From a virus (lineage: Duplodnaviria; Caudoviricetes): a DNA stretch of 54,299 bases. The translations under genes were made by a program, and so were the position numbers. The stretch spans positions 1 to 54,299 of IMG/VR virus record IMGVR_UViG_3300034101_001509; one strand, written 5' to 3'. Position 1 is the first letter of the stretch. Every line of letters begins with the position of its first letter. A model generated the notes under the pieces. It worked only from the letters and a program-made list of their open reading frames with translations, ran no database searches and was not told the origin of the DNA. Below, one piece after another: positions 27,648 through 38,200 of this stretch.

Positions 27648-29150
27648 TTAGTATAGAATAATACGTCTAAAGAATAAAGCAGTTTCAACGTTTCTTTTAT
27701 TTATAAGAACAGTTCGATAATTTATAGGAATTATATTTGAAAAAGATTGTCCATAAACAAAAGATTTATTATTTAATTTACTACGATTTGTTTTTGAATT
27801 TAAATATTTTGTATTAAAAATACTAGACGAAATAACGTTAGCATATAGTTCAACATTATTTTCGAAAAGATATTGAGCATAGAAATTTAATTCATAAATT
27901 GAGGGAAGATAATAATCTATGAATCCATTTCTAGGTGTATTTTTAATTGTATTTGTAAGTGCTGTACTAAGTCCAATAAAATTATCAGCATTACCATAAG
28001 TATTATAATAACCATCCCACAAGGATGTTTTATAATCTACATCTAATTCATTTTCTAACAAAAATGGAACTGTATATTTTGTGGTATCGACAATTAATGC
28101 CCATTGACTATGTGTTCCTCCCTCGGGAGTGCCAACAAACCTAGAAGAATTTGGAGTTCCAAAATTTAAACTTCCGCGAATAACACTACTCTTTCCATTA
28201 TTTGGAGAAGGTTTGAATATTCCTATATAAATTCCACCTTGATATTCATCACCAACATTCAATTCTAAATCTTCAAAGGAAGATAAAGACATTTGTTGTG
28301 GTTGATATTTATTATTAATTTTTAATGGATTTGTTGGTTTTAATGAAGAGTTACAATATGGGTCGTCTGAATCTTGTTCTGGAACCCAATATCCATTACA
28401 TATTTCTCTGGGTGATATAGTACATGTATATTCATATGTACCATCAACAAGTTCTAATGTATAGCAAGATCCCATTTCAAAGCCTTGATATAGATTTGTG
28501 GACAATGCCATTCTAGTAACATATTCACTTGAGGCACATGTTATTGGAGATTGTCCAGCAATTAATGGTGGATTTCCACATCTACTATTTTCTGTAAAAA
28601 CAGAAGGATATACATCTGTAGATAAAGCAGCACAATCTGCTGATGTACAAACATCTTCACATTTTACATTTGTTGGCCAACCAGTATCTTCATCAAACTC
28701 TAAGTGACAACATGCTCTGGGTGCTCGAATATCTTGATCGTTTGAAACACAATAAGTTTCCCAATTACCATTTGCTAATTCTGGACAACTTCCTTCTGTC
28801 CACTTTCCACCAATTCTATTACATTCGCATTTTGTAACATTACTTCTTGTTCCCGATGTCAAATATGGATTTGACATTCCTTGAGAATATGTTGGTATTT
28901 GATTTAATTCTCCAGAAGTAACATATGAACATGAACAACAACAACCTCTTCTAGTATCTACATCTGGACATACTACAGAATTAGTATCTTCCCCTTTTGT
29001 TGGTACAAAATGACCACCTTCATTAAAGCACTCTATAAATGATTTTGAACTTCCAGTTCCTCCAGTTATACCACAACATACTCCATAAGCATTTAATAAC
29101 TTTGAGTAATCTATTGCTGGTTTAATTCTGGAACGAAATTGTAGTGTCAT
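27648..29150 (-). CDS. Cys-rich putative virion protein with a C-terminal Lcl/DUF1566-like domain
   Basis: Degenerate GxCC repeats; VGDEYQGGIYIG, DGYYNT, DYYLPSIYEL, terminal FFRRI. Confidence 0.6.
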   Translation of the reverse strand: MTLQFRSRIKPAIDYSKLLNAYGVCCGITGGTGSSKSFIECFNEGGHFVPTKGEDTNSVVCPDVDTRRGCCCSCSYVTSGELNQIPTYSQGMSNPYLTSGTRSNVTKCECNRIGGKWTEGSCPELANGNWETYCVSNDQDIRAPRACCHLEFDEDTGWPTNVKCEDVCTSADCAALSTDVYPSVFTENSRCGNPPLIAGQSPITCASSEYVTRMALSTNLYQGFEMGSCYTLELVDGTYEYTCTISPREICNGYWVPEQDSDDPYCNSSLKPTNPLKINNKYQPQQMSLSSFEDLELNVGDEYQGGIYIGIFKPSPNNGKSSVIRGSLNFGTPNSSRFVGTPEGGTHSQWALIVDTTKYTVPFLLENELDVDYKTSLWDGYYNTYGNADNFIGLSTALTNTIKNTPRNGFIDYYLPSIYELNFYAQYLFENNVELYANVISSSIFNTKYLNSKTNRSKLNNKSFVYGQSFSNIIPINYRTVLINKRNVETALFFRRIILY

Positions 29151-32125
29151 GAATACTCGTTTGGACAGATTTCAAAATCATCACAATCATAATCACAAAC
29201 AATTGGAATACAAATCTCTTCATTATTTATGATAACTTTTACAAATTTAACAAAATCAGCAGAAGAATTAGTATCAGAATTATTAGTGAATGGCGTTGGT
29301 GGTGATGGTTGTTGTTGACCTGGAAATCCACTATTAGCACAATTATAATGTCCAGCAGCATCCGCGGAATTATTACAAGCACAAGTTCCTATCATTTTTC
29401 TTCTTGGAAAATTGCTTAATCCTAGAGCTTTTCCGTAGTGATCCATACATGGATCTTTAATAGAGGCACAAACTTCTTTACATGGATCATATTGTGCTGT
29501 ATCACAGATGCTTGCACCATCAACCATTATACACGATCCATAATTAATATCAAATCCGGATCCTAAAGGTTCTCCGGGTTGTGTTGGATCATCTGTTTCG
29601 GAGGAGCAGTGACCAGGACTTGCTGAAGAAGTATAATCTGCTCCCTGTGTAGTTGAACATGGGGAACTAGTAAGAGTACATAAATTAATTCCTCCACATC
29701 CACATATTGTTCTAATTTTTGAATCAGTTGATGCAGCTCCTGGTGAACTTCCTAAAAGAGTACTTAGACTTTCTATTGGATAACAACCCATTTCTGTAAG
29801 AATGTATTCTAGTATTTCTTGTTCCGATAACTGAGCACATAAATTTAAATCATATTGATCGCAAGCCGATCCGGGATTAGCAGTATTACAATTTGAAATA
29901 GTAGAACATCGATTGTTAGTTCCAAATAAATTTAGTTTTCTCCAAGCACAACACCTAGCAAAAGTATTAAATGCTCCAAAAACACCAGCACATCCAAGAT
30001 TTGTTCCACCTTGACCTGGGGTATCAGTTGGTCCACCTAATTGAAAATCTTGGCACGATAATCCTGGAGGTTTACCTCCTCTAGTTGTTATATTTCTTCT
30101 TACTGTTCGAAGAACTGCTTCTGTTGGTGAACCTGGAGGCGATTGTGCTGGAGCTGGAGATCTAGTACAATAAGAATATTGAATACAACAATCATTTCTA
30201 ACAAATTGACATCCATTAGGTCCAGATCCAGGTCCGGGAGGACCACCACCCGGTGGTGGTGGTGAAGTTTCAGGACCACTTCCTCCGTTATCTGGATCGT
30301 CTGGTCCGCCACCATCACCCGGTGATGGCGATGGAGTTGGTGTTGGTGTTGGAGTTGGAGTTGGTGTTGGAGTTGGTGTTGGAGTTGGTGTTGGTGTTGG
30401 AGTTGGTGTTGGAGTTGGTGATGGAGTTGGTGATGGTGATGGACTTGGTGATGGTCCAGGACTACACGATGGTCCACAAACACAACCACAACTTACTTCA
30501 TTACATTGTTTACCCGGACCCATAAAATTGCCGTTACTATCCACACAATCACTATAACTTTGAACGGAACATGTATATGTTCCGTCTGGGTTACATACAC
30601 AACATGCTCCATTTACTGTAGTGTTATCACAACAATCTACATCAATACATCCTTCATTTTCAGTAATTTGTTTTGATTTACCACCAAGAACTAACTCACA
30701 TTGAACTCTTGTATATTTTCCTAAACATACTCCGTCTTTACAACAAACTGCGTGATCATTCGGATCTGTTGGACATTGATTATAACAAAATCTTCCTAAA
30801 TTTCTTAATACTTGTGGTGGTACACTTTCATCGTCTGGTAGAGGAATATTCAATCCATCTGCGTTATAATCTCTACATTTAACATTTGGCCAATATTGTC
30901 CATTGAAAGTATCACAAAGAGAAACAGAAATATTTTCTATACATTTTCCGTTTGAACAACATACTCCATTTCCAGATCCACATGATTCTTTACAACTTTT
31001 TGCTGGAGTGAAAAATCCATACAATTGATTACATATATCTTTTGTTGTATAATCAACACATTCTAAAGTATTATCATTAATATTTCTATAACAGCAAGAA
31101 CCATATAAAAATCCAGGAACACATTGTCTTCCAGAATCTTCAATCCCATGACCACGATGTGAAACTGTTGCTAACCATGTATTTCCAGCATCATATGACA
31201 TTAATCCAATAATATTTTTACCACATGAAAGATAATTTTGATTTGGTTCAAAATAGATATTATCTGGAAAATTCCACACATTATCAGAATCAATCATTAC
31301 TGTTATTGAAACAATTTCATTTTGTCTAAAATCACCAGTTATACCTTGAATTCCAATTGGAGTTCTAACATTAAATACTCCAGCAGCGCGTGTATCTAAA
31401 AATATTCCTTGTGTAGTTCCCTCTCCTAAACCTTCAATTGATGGCAAACCTGTCAGTCCAACAAAATATTCTTTAGGAACAGGACCAACTTTGAGAATTT
31501 TTGAACCAGCATTTAAATGAGTTGCTGTATCTGAACTAGCACCCTGACTTGCTTCGGTAAACGTAAATCCAAATGCTCCACATATTCCTAGAGATATATC
31601 ATTTGCGTTTAGTGGATGATGTTTTAAATTTGCTCCATAAACAATATATGGAGTGTCTAGATACAACAACTCTCTTCCTGCCATTGTTGATGGATCATAA
31701 TTCCCAGGAAGATCATCTCCCCAATAAATCGTATCAATTGAAATATATTCATTATTTGTTCCTGCGTATGAAGCAACTAATGATCCATAGGCACATATAC
31801 CTTTAAATGTAAATGTTCCACCAGATATTGAATATAATAATCCTTCTCCATCTCCTATATTTTGACCACGAACAATTCCAGTAGTTTTATCCGCAGTTGT
31901 AGCACCCCTAAACGCACCAGTAGCACCAAATGTAGTTCCATCAGATAGAGTTATTATTATAGAATTATTTGAAGCACTAAAAGAAGAATAATAAGGTGCG
32001 ATATTTCCAGTTGCCCCTGTATTTCCAGTTGCCCCTGTATTTCCAGTACTTCCGGTTGCCCCAACAGGACCATCTGGACCAGAACTACCGTAAACTGTAA
32101 AATTAATAATTGCGCTATTGCTCAC
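29147..32125 (-). CDS. Putative tail fibre/appendage protein: collagen-like N-terminus, GxCC repeats, (PT)n linker, Cys-rich C-terminus
   Basis: GTG start; GxT triplets; WNFP...IIGL.SYD.G..W fibre-type module; four GxCC repeats. Confidence 0.6.
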   Translation of the reverse strand: MSNSAIINFTVYGSSGPDGPVGATGSTGNTGATGNTGATGNIAPYYSSFSASNNSIIITLSDGTTFGATGAFRGATTADKTTGIVRGQNIGDGEGLLYSISGGTFTFKGICAYGSLVASYAGTNNEYISIDTIYWGDDLPGNYDPSTMAGRELLYLDTPYIVYGANLKHHPLNANDISLGICGAFGFTFTEASQGASSDTATHLNAGSKILKVGPVPKEYFVGLTGLPSIEGLGEGTTQGIFLDTRAAGVFNVRTPIGIQGITGDFRQNEIVSITVMIDSDNVWNFPDNIYFEPNQNYLSCGKNIIGLMSYDAGNTWLATVSHRGHGIEDSGRQCVPGFLYGSCCYRNINDNTLECVDYTTKDICNQLYGFFTPAKSCKESCGSGNGVCCSNGKCIENISVSLCDTFNGQYWPNVKCRDYNADGLNIPLPDDESVPPQVLRNLGRFCYNQCPTDPNDHAVCCKDGVCLGKYTRVQCELVLGGKSKQITENEGCIDVDCCDNTTVNGACCVCNPDGTYTCSVQSYSDCVDSNGNFMGPGKQCNEVSCGCVCGPSCSPGPSPSPSPSPTPSPTPTPTPTPTPTPTPTPTPTPTPTPTPTPSPSPGDGGGPDDPDNGGSGPETSPPPPGGGPPGPGSGPNGCQFVRNDCCIQYSYCTRSPAPAQSPPGSPTEAVLRTVRRNITTRGGKPPGLSCQDFQLGGPTDTPGQGGTNLGCAGVFGAFNTFARCCAWRKLNLFGTNNRCSTISNCNTANPGSACDQYDLNLCAQLSEQEILEYILTEMGCYPIESLSTLLGSSPGAASTDSKIRTICGCGGINLCTLTSSPCSTTQGADYTSSASPGHCSSETDDPTQPGEPLGSGFDINYGSCIMVDGASICDTAQYDPCKEVCASIKDPCMDHYGKALGLSNFPRRKMIGTCACNNSADAAGHYNCANSGFPGQQQPSPPTPFTNNSDTNSSADFVKFVKVIINNEEICIPIVCDYDCDDFEICPNEYS
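30321..30455. repeat. 6-bp period tandem repeat encoding (PS/PT)n
   Basis: ggtgtt/ggagtt/ggtgat units encoding PSPSPSPTPSPTPTPT...PSPSP. Confidence 0.95.
32002..32047. repeat. 18-bp tandem repeat (about 2.5 copies) in the collagen-like segment
   Basis: TATTTCCAGTTGCCCCTG twice plus a partial copy; encodes GNTGAT. Confidence 0.85.
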
Positions 32126-32129
32126 TTAA

Positions 32130-35100
32130 TTACCCTTCTATTTGTCCGCAACCTGGACATGCTACTGGACCTTCCGTATGTGGATCACACAATCCTTCAA
32201 GGATATCTATACATGATGAACATATTATAGATTGTTCATTTTGTTGAGTGACAGCATAGTATGCTAAAACAGTTTCAGTAAATCTAAAAGTATTACATGT
32301 AACTATAAGTGGAATTCTTCTAACTGGTCGTAAATGAGCAATTCTCGAATCTCTAGATCTAGAAGTCATCATTCCTAATTTATTTTCGTTACCTTCATCG
32401 ACATTAAATGTCTGAGTTAACATTTTTTGACCATTTGAAACTGCCATTGTAAACTTATAAGCATCATCTTCATTTAACCCATATGGATTTGTACTTGTTA
32501 TTCTATTTGTAGATAAATATGGTTCTAAATTAGGATTTATATTTTCTAAATTATAAGAATCTTTATCAAATGGATTTGTATTATCCCATGATATTAAACG
32601 AGAAACACTTGTAGAACTCCAATATTCTTTTCCTGCTAGTATTTGGTCATCGTTTATAGCAAGCGAAGCATTCAAATCTGCTAAATTACTATAAATGTAA
32701 TTCAATTCAATAATACTTGGAATATACCAATCATTATGACCATATGAATTTGTCGCATTTATGTCAGAAATTTGTCGTATTGCTGAATTTAATGGATTTT
32801 TCGCTGCCCATAAATTAGCATATGCTTCTTTAAATGCTTCTTTATTTGTTGTTATTTCTTCTTCAGATACAGATTCTTCCCATGCTGGTCCATTTCCAAA
32901 GCAAAATCTTCTATAAGCATTTGGATCTTCGGTGTCTCCTCTGAACCAATAACTTGTATTTCTTGTTGATGCTTCGTCGTGAAGTCTTGTTGTCAAAAGA
33001 CCATCTACTGGATATGTTGGTATTTCTTCATTTACTACAAATAATGGAACTCCATTATCATCAGCAAGATGAGTTCCCTGATTCATTCCCCAACTTAAAA
33101 GTCTAGAACCTTCAGGACTTTCTCCTTCACCCGAACCGACTTCAACATCTTCTGGTCCAATAATCAATGCCCATAGAATATGAATATCTTTAGACCCATA
33201 AACTTTTGTTGCCAAATATTTGTATAAATTATCAATTTGCCCATTACTACCTTCTTCTAAAAATTCAACAGCAAGACCAGATCCTACTAGTGAATATGAG
33301 AAAGTTCCTCGTTGTGGCGTATATCCAAATCCACCTTCAAACATAAATTCTGATGGCCATGTAATTCCATTTAAAGCATACGCTTGTTGTACAATTGGAA
33401 CTCCTGCCTTTAACATACAACGAGTATTTAATGAATCTACCGGTAAAATATTTGGATATGTTCTAGCAAAATAATCAATATTTCCTGTGTTATCTTGCCC
33501 TGCGGTTCCCTTACATGTTTTATATTTCCAACCAGAAACCGAAGTTTCTCCTCTTGGGAAAATTAAACATTCTAGTGGTTCTCCATTAGCAAGAGCAGGA
33601 TTTACATAACGATCACATGGATTTGGCATTCCAACAAATCCAACAAAATATCCTCCACCGATCTTATCTCCAGGTTGTAAACAAGAGAATGATTGATTTT
33701 CTCCAAATGCTTTACATTGATCATTTGCCACAAAATAATCATCTTGATAAGTGTATCCACAGCAAGAAGTTAAAGCACATTTTGTTCCAGATCCTTGAAA
33801 GATACCATCTTGATCTTGGCATTCTTGTGGGGTTAAATCTGGAGTACAATCTCTTCCTTTACAACAAGCTCCGCGAATATCAAAATGTACACAACAGCAA
33901 ACACTATCTCCTTCCTCTGCTTCACATGTAGATCCTGCTACGAAATGTGAATCGTATATTGAGTTACAATCTGTTTCAGAAAGATTAAAACATCTTCCCT
34001 GAACACAGCATTTTCCTATTTCTCTAGGAGAGCAAAAATTATCTGGACAGGTAAATAGTTGAGATCCTTCCCATACAAGAGAACAGGACTTTCCTCCATA
34101 AAATATTCCACCAAAGTCTAAACATCTTTCTTGTGTAGTATTTAAACATTTTGTTGTTTCTTCTTCTGGATCATATACACAACATGCTCCTTCAGAATAA
34201 CAATCAGAACTAGTAATTCTATTGTCACATGAACTATTGCTAAATCTTCCAGAGATAGAATCGCAATATGTCTGAGAAACATAATCTATACAAATTGTAT
34301 CTTCAAAATTATTTTTACAATAACAACAAGAACCTATTGATTCTCTTGTTAAATTTTGAGGAGCATATACATTTGCCTGAGACAATCCAGATGAAGGATG
34401 GAAAGAAAGTCTTTCCATTGTCGCCCCACTTGTAAATCCAATAATAATAGATTGTGATAATTGTATTCCAGAATCATTAAATGGAACTATAAATTTATTT
34501 GAATTTAAATTATAGGCGAATTGTGGACTAATCGTATTTTCTATAATCGAAGTACCAAATGTGCCACCAGTAATTCCTGCGTAATATGATAATGAAGAAT
34601 TATATGGAGTAAATGTCCAATTTGAAAATTTCCAATTTTTATTTAAATGAATAGTTTCTCTACTCATTAATTGATCTATAATCAATTGTCTCTCTGATGG
34701 AACCCATTTAGTATTTGGAGCAGATGCTGCTTTTAGTGAACCAGCACCAAATCCAGCGTTACTGTTTACATAAAGAATTTCTCCAGTATTTCCGAGTGGA
34801 ACATTTACATCAGCAACTGTAGCACCATACAAAAATACAACAAATGAATTTGAACTAATTCCTACAAATGACCCTGTAGTTATTGGTGTTGGTGTAGACC
34901 CTTCAATTGTTAGTGTTTTAAACGAAGCAGTTTGACCAGCAGAATAGTCTCTATTATTAGAATAAACAAAATCTGAAGATATTGAAACTGATTCTGGAGA
35001 GATGATACCAAGATCATTTAAACTATAATATTCTCCACTATTTGCTGATCCAGCATCACCTTGTAAATTTGAAAATTGAAAAGTTTTTCCATTTCCAATA

Positions 35101-35297
35101 AATGTTATATACGAATTGCCTGTAGAATACGATATTCCTGTAATTCCAAATCCAGTTGGTCCTATATTTCCAGTAATTCCAATCGGACCTGTTGGACCAG
35201 TAGCACCAGTTGGACCAGTAGCACCAGTTGGACCTGGATTTGCACCAGGAACATTTCCGGATATTAATTGAGTGAATCTTGATGAACCGTATATCAT
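32130..35297 (-). CDS. Putative fibre/adhesin: collagen-like, four GxCC repeats, Lcl/DUF1566-like domain
   Basis: GPTGATGPT; GSCC, GACC, GKCC, GACC; PGDKIGGGYFVG; YGHNDWYIPSIIEL; YWSST; LRPVRRI. Confidence 0.65.
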   Translation of the reverse strand: MIYGSSRFTQLISGNVPGANPGPTGATGPTGATGPTGPIGITGNIGPTGFGITGISYSTGNSYITFIGNGKTFQFSNLQGDAGSANSGEYYSLNDLGIISPESVSISSDFVYSNNRDYSAGQTASFKTLTIEGSTPTPITTGSFVGISSNSFVVFLYGATVADVNVPLGNTGEILYVNSNAGFGAGSLKAASAPNTKWVPSERQLIIDQLMSRETIHLNKNWKFSNWTFTPYNSSLSYYAGITGGTFGTSIIENTISPQFAYNLNSNKFIVPFNDSGIQLSQSIIIGFTSGATMERLSFHPSSGLSQANVYAPQNLTRESIGSCCYCKNNFEDTICIDYVSQTYCDSISGRFSNSSCDNRITSSDCYSEGACCVYDPEEETTKCLNTTQERCLDFGGIFYGGKSCSLVWEGSQLFTCPDNFCSPREIGKCCVQGRCFNLSETDCNSIYDSHFVAGSTCEAEEGDSVCCCVHFDIRGACCKGRDCTPDLTPQECQDQDGIFQGSGTKCALTSCCGYTYQDDYFVANDQCKAFGENQSFSCLQPGDKIGGGYFVGFVGMPNPCDRYVNPALANGEPLECLIFPRGETSVSGWKYKTCKGTAGQDNTGNIDYFARTYPNILPVDSLNTRCMLKAGVPIVQQAYALNGITWPSEFMFEGGFGYTPQRGTFSYSLVGSGLAVEFLEEGSNGQIDNLYKYLATKVYGSKDIHILWALIIGPEDVEVGSGEGESPEGSRLLSWGMNQGTHLADDNGVPLFVVNEEIPTYPVDGLLTTRLHDEASTRNTSYWFRGDTEDPNAYRRFCFGNGPAWEESVSEEEITTNKEAFKEAYANLWAAKNPLNSAIRQISDINATNSYGHNDWYIPSIIELNYIYSNLADLNASLAINDDQILAGKEYWSSTSVSRLISWDNTNPFDKDSYNLENINPNLEPYLSTNRITSTNPYGLNEDDAYKFTMAVSNGQKMLTQTFNVDEGNENKLGMMTSRSRDSRIAHLRPVRRIPLIVTCNTFRFTETVLAYYAVTQQNEQSIICSSCIDILEGLCDPHTEGPVACPGCGQIEG

Positions 35298-38200
35298 GGT
35301 GTATTCTTAAATATTGTTGCTGTTTGAGGATCAATATTCCATCGGGAAGAACTATAAGTTGCCCCTGATTGATTATTTAAATCTAATTGAAAAATATTTG
35401 TAACATTTGATCTTGGAAGTAATCCCGTTACAACTGTAGAAATTGTCAATCTTGGCACTTGCCAGAAGGTATTTTTTAATTGAGTGTCCGAATTACTATT
35501 ATAGTATCTTTGATCACATCGAACCATTCGTACTAATCTTAATTCTAAACGATCATCCAAATCATGAAATTTTGAAACTTTATAGTTACTAGTATTTTGA
35601 CTAAGTGTACTTGGATCAAATTTTATCGCCCAAGCATTTGTAAATTGTGATGTTTGATTGATACCAGAATTTAATGGATCTATACTCGCCACTGCACTCT
35701 GTCTTTGAATATATTGAGCAGTAGCTCCATCTTTCCAAGCACCAGTTGATGTCCACACATAAGACTTAGTATATTGAATATTTGCGAGAGGAGAATTGGG
35801 ACTATTAACTCCTGTAGGACCAACACCTGCCGAAGACCAATCTAGACTATTCAGTCTTGGATCTCCAATGACAATTCCACCAGCATTATTAATAGTTTGT
35901 TGTAAATTGTCATCTCTACATGCTTTTGCTATAAATCCAAGTTCATCTATACTTGGAATATACCAATGTGAAAGTGTTGGATATTGATTATTCAGAGCAC
36001 TATATCCAGGAAGAGAAACATTTAATAAACCTGTATGGTTTCCTGTTGGACCATCTACAGGAAAATATAAACGATTCCATACAGAACATCCCTCTGAAAT
36101 TGTGGTCTTATTTAAAGCAGGCCAACCACCATTATCTAATCCATTACTAATATTAACTTTTAATTGTATAATTCCTGTCCATCCAGGTATGGTATTTGTA
36201 GATGTAGGTAAAGAACTTAATCCTGATATTTCACCTGTTGCTCCATAAAATGATTTTAAATTTGATGGAAATAAACCACTTCCACTATACAAATAGTGTT
36301 CAGCAATTTGAGATTTTATTAGAGCAATTGTGTTATATATTCCATGATTCCTTGACCATTTACCACAAGATCCTGCCAATCCTGATTTTAAATATCTTCT
36401 AGATCTTAGTCCTGGATATTCTTCACAATTACTACATGAAGTAGTAATATCACAAAAACACGTTCGAAATAACACATCTAATGAGTTCGTTGCTTGAACA
36501 TTAGTTGCAGCACCTCCACCATAACCAAATGCTCCATCAATTTTTAATTGTTGATTTCCGGATACAGTTTGATATTCGTGAATTATAACAGAACCAGTAT
36601 TTGTAATATTAGTATAACAATCTGTAGTTGTTGATTCTGAAAATGCAGTAATATTAGTTGTTAATAAATCTGAAAATCCTAAAAGATCGCAATGGGATGT
36701 CCCACCATGACTCCACACGAAATTTTTAATATTATAATAAGCATATTGTAAACCTACTCCTCCTATGACACCACAATCAGCGTATCTAGAATTTTCCCAG
36801 TTTAGATTTCCCAGATCATTTACAGGTATCCATAAATTATCATTAATGAAATTTGTTCCATCAATTAATTTAATAAAATGATTTTGATTTGGAGCAGCTG
36901 AACCATTATAATTTGCATATTGTCTAAACATAACAGGATGTTTAGATACAATTAGTAACCATTTATCTTGATCACGATCGTGCTCAATAGTCGATACAAC
37001 ATCATTTAATGTAAATCCATATCCTCTAAGATCATAAAAACTTTGATAAATTCCTGCTGGTCTTTCTACTGCTCCATTTGATAAAGTAGAACCTGTGTAA
37101 AAATTAAATGCTTTTATTCTTGTTGTTCCTATTACTCCTGTCCAGAATGGATTGTTTGGATTAGAAGTGCTACTTCCTGCAAAATAATTACAAGAATTTA
37201 GTTCAACACCAGGATTTACATAACCACCAAATGCTGTATTGCCTAAACATTGAGAACCATTTGGATTGAAAATTCCAACTACAATGCCACCAGCAAACTC
37301 TTGACCTTTGACTATATTTTCATATGTTCCATTTGCTTTGCGAATTTTCCAAGGATAATTAGAAGTTCCATCACCATCACATAAATTAAATGAAGAAGGA
37401 GTACATGGACCATCTCCACAGATTTTTCCACAACCATAAAATAATCCAGATCCACCGTTACAATTTGCTAGTCCATTAACTTCATTTACACAAGATGCGC
37501 TACTGCTTGTAGAAGTACAACATCCACCAGTTCCTGTTGTACAAACATTAAATTGTTGTCCAGAACCATAAATGTATGAACATTTAATTCCAGGGCCTTG
37601 CCAATATTTGTTGAGACAATCCGGTTGAGTAGTCTCTGTACATAATCCAGTACCATCACAGCAAGCACCAATGTCACTGAAATAATCAATACAATCAATA
37701 GCATCAACATTTTTAATACAATCTGTTTTTTTTGTCCATTTATAGCGAGATTTATCATCATTTCCAAGTGCTTGACATTCACAAGCTAGTTTAAATTCAG
37801 ATGATCTTTGTATAAAATTATTTCCATCTTTATAACAGCAAACTCCAACTTCTGTGCTTTCGGCAGAACATGATGACCCATCGGTTATCCATCTGGGAGC
37901 ATCTGAATTACATGGATTAGGATTGGTAGAAGACTCTAGAGAACTAGCAGCATAACTAAATCCAGTACAATCGTTACAACATGTTCCAGGAGTAGTTTCA
38001 TCTACGCAAGTTAAATTGTTTACACATTGAGCACATGTTGTACAAGATTCTATCCGTGAATATCCTTGTGGGCATGATGGATTTGTACCTTGTTGGTCTA
38101 TACATAAAGTTCCATTACAACAAACGATTGTTATTGGAGTGTTGTCTTCACATTCAGAACAATCATTAACTACTGTCCCACCATCATTATTACATGCTTC

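Noticed and set aside
30321-30455. CRISPR-like array
   Set aside because: It is a short-period coding repeat with no unique spacers.
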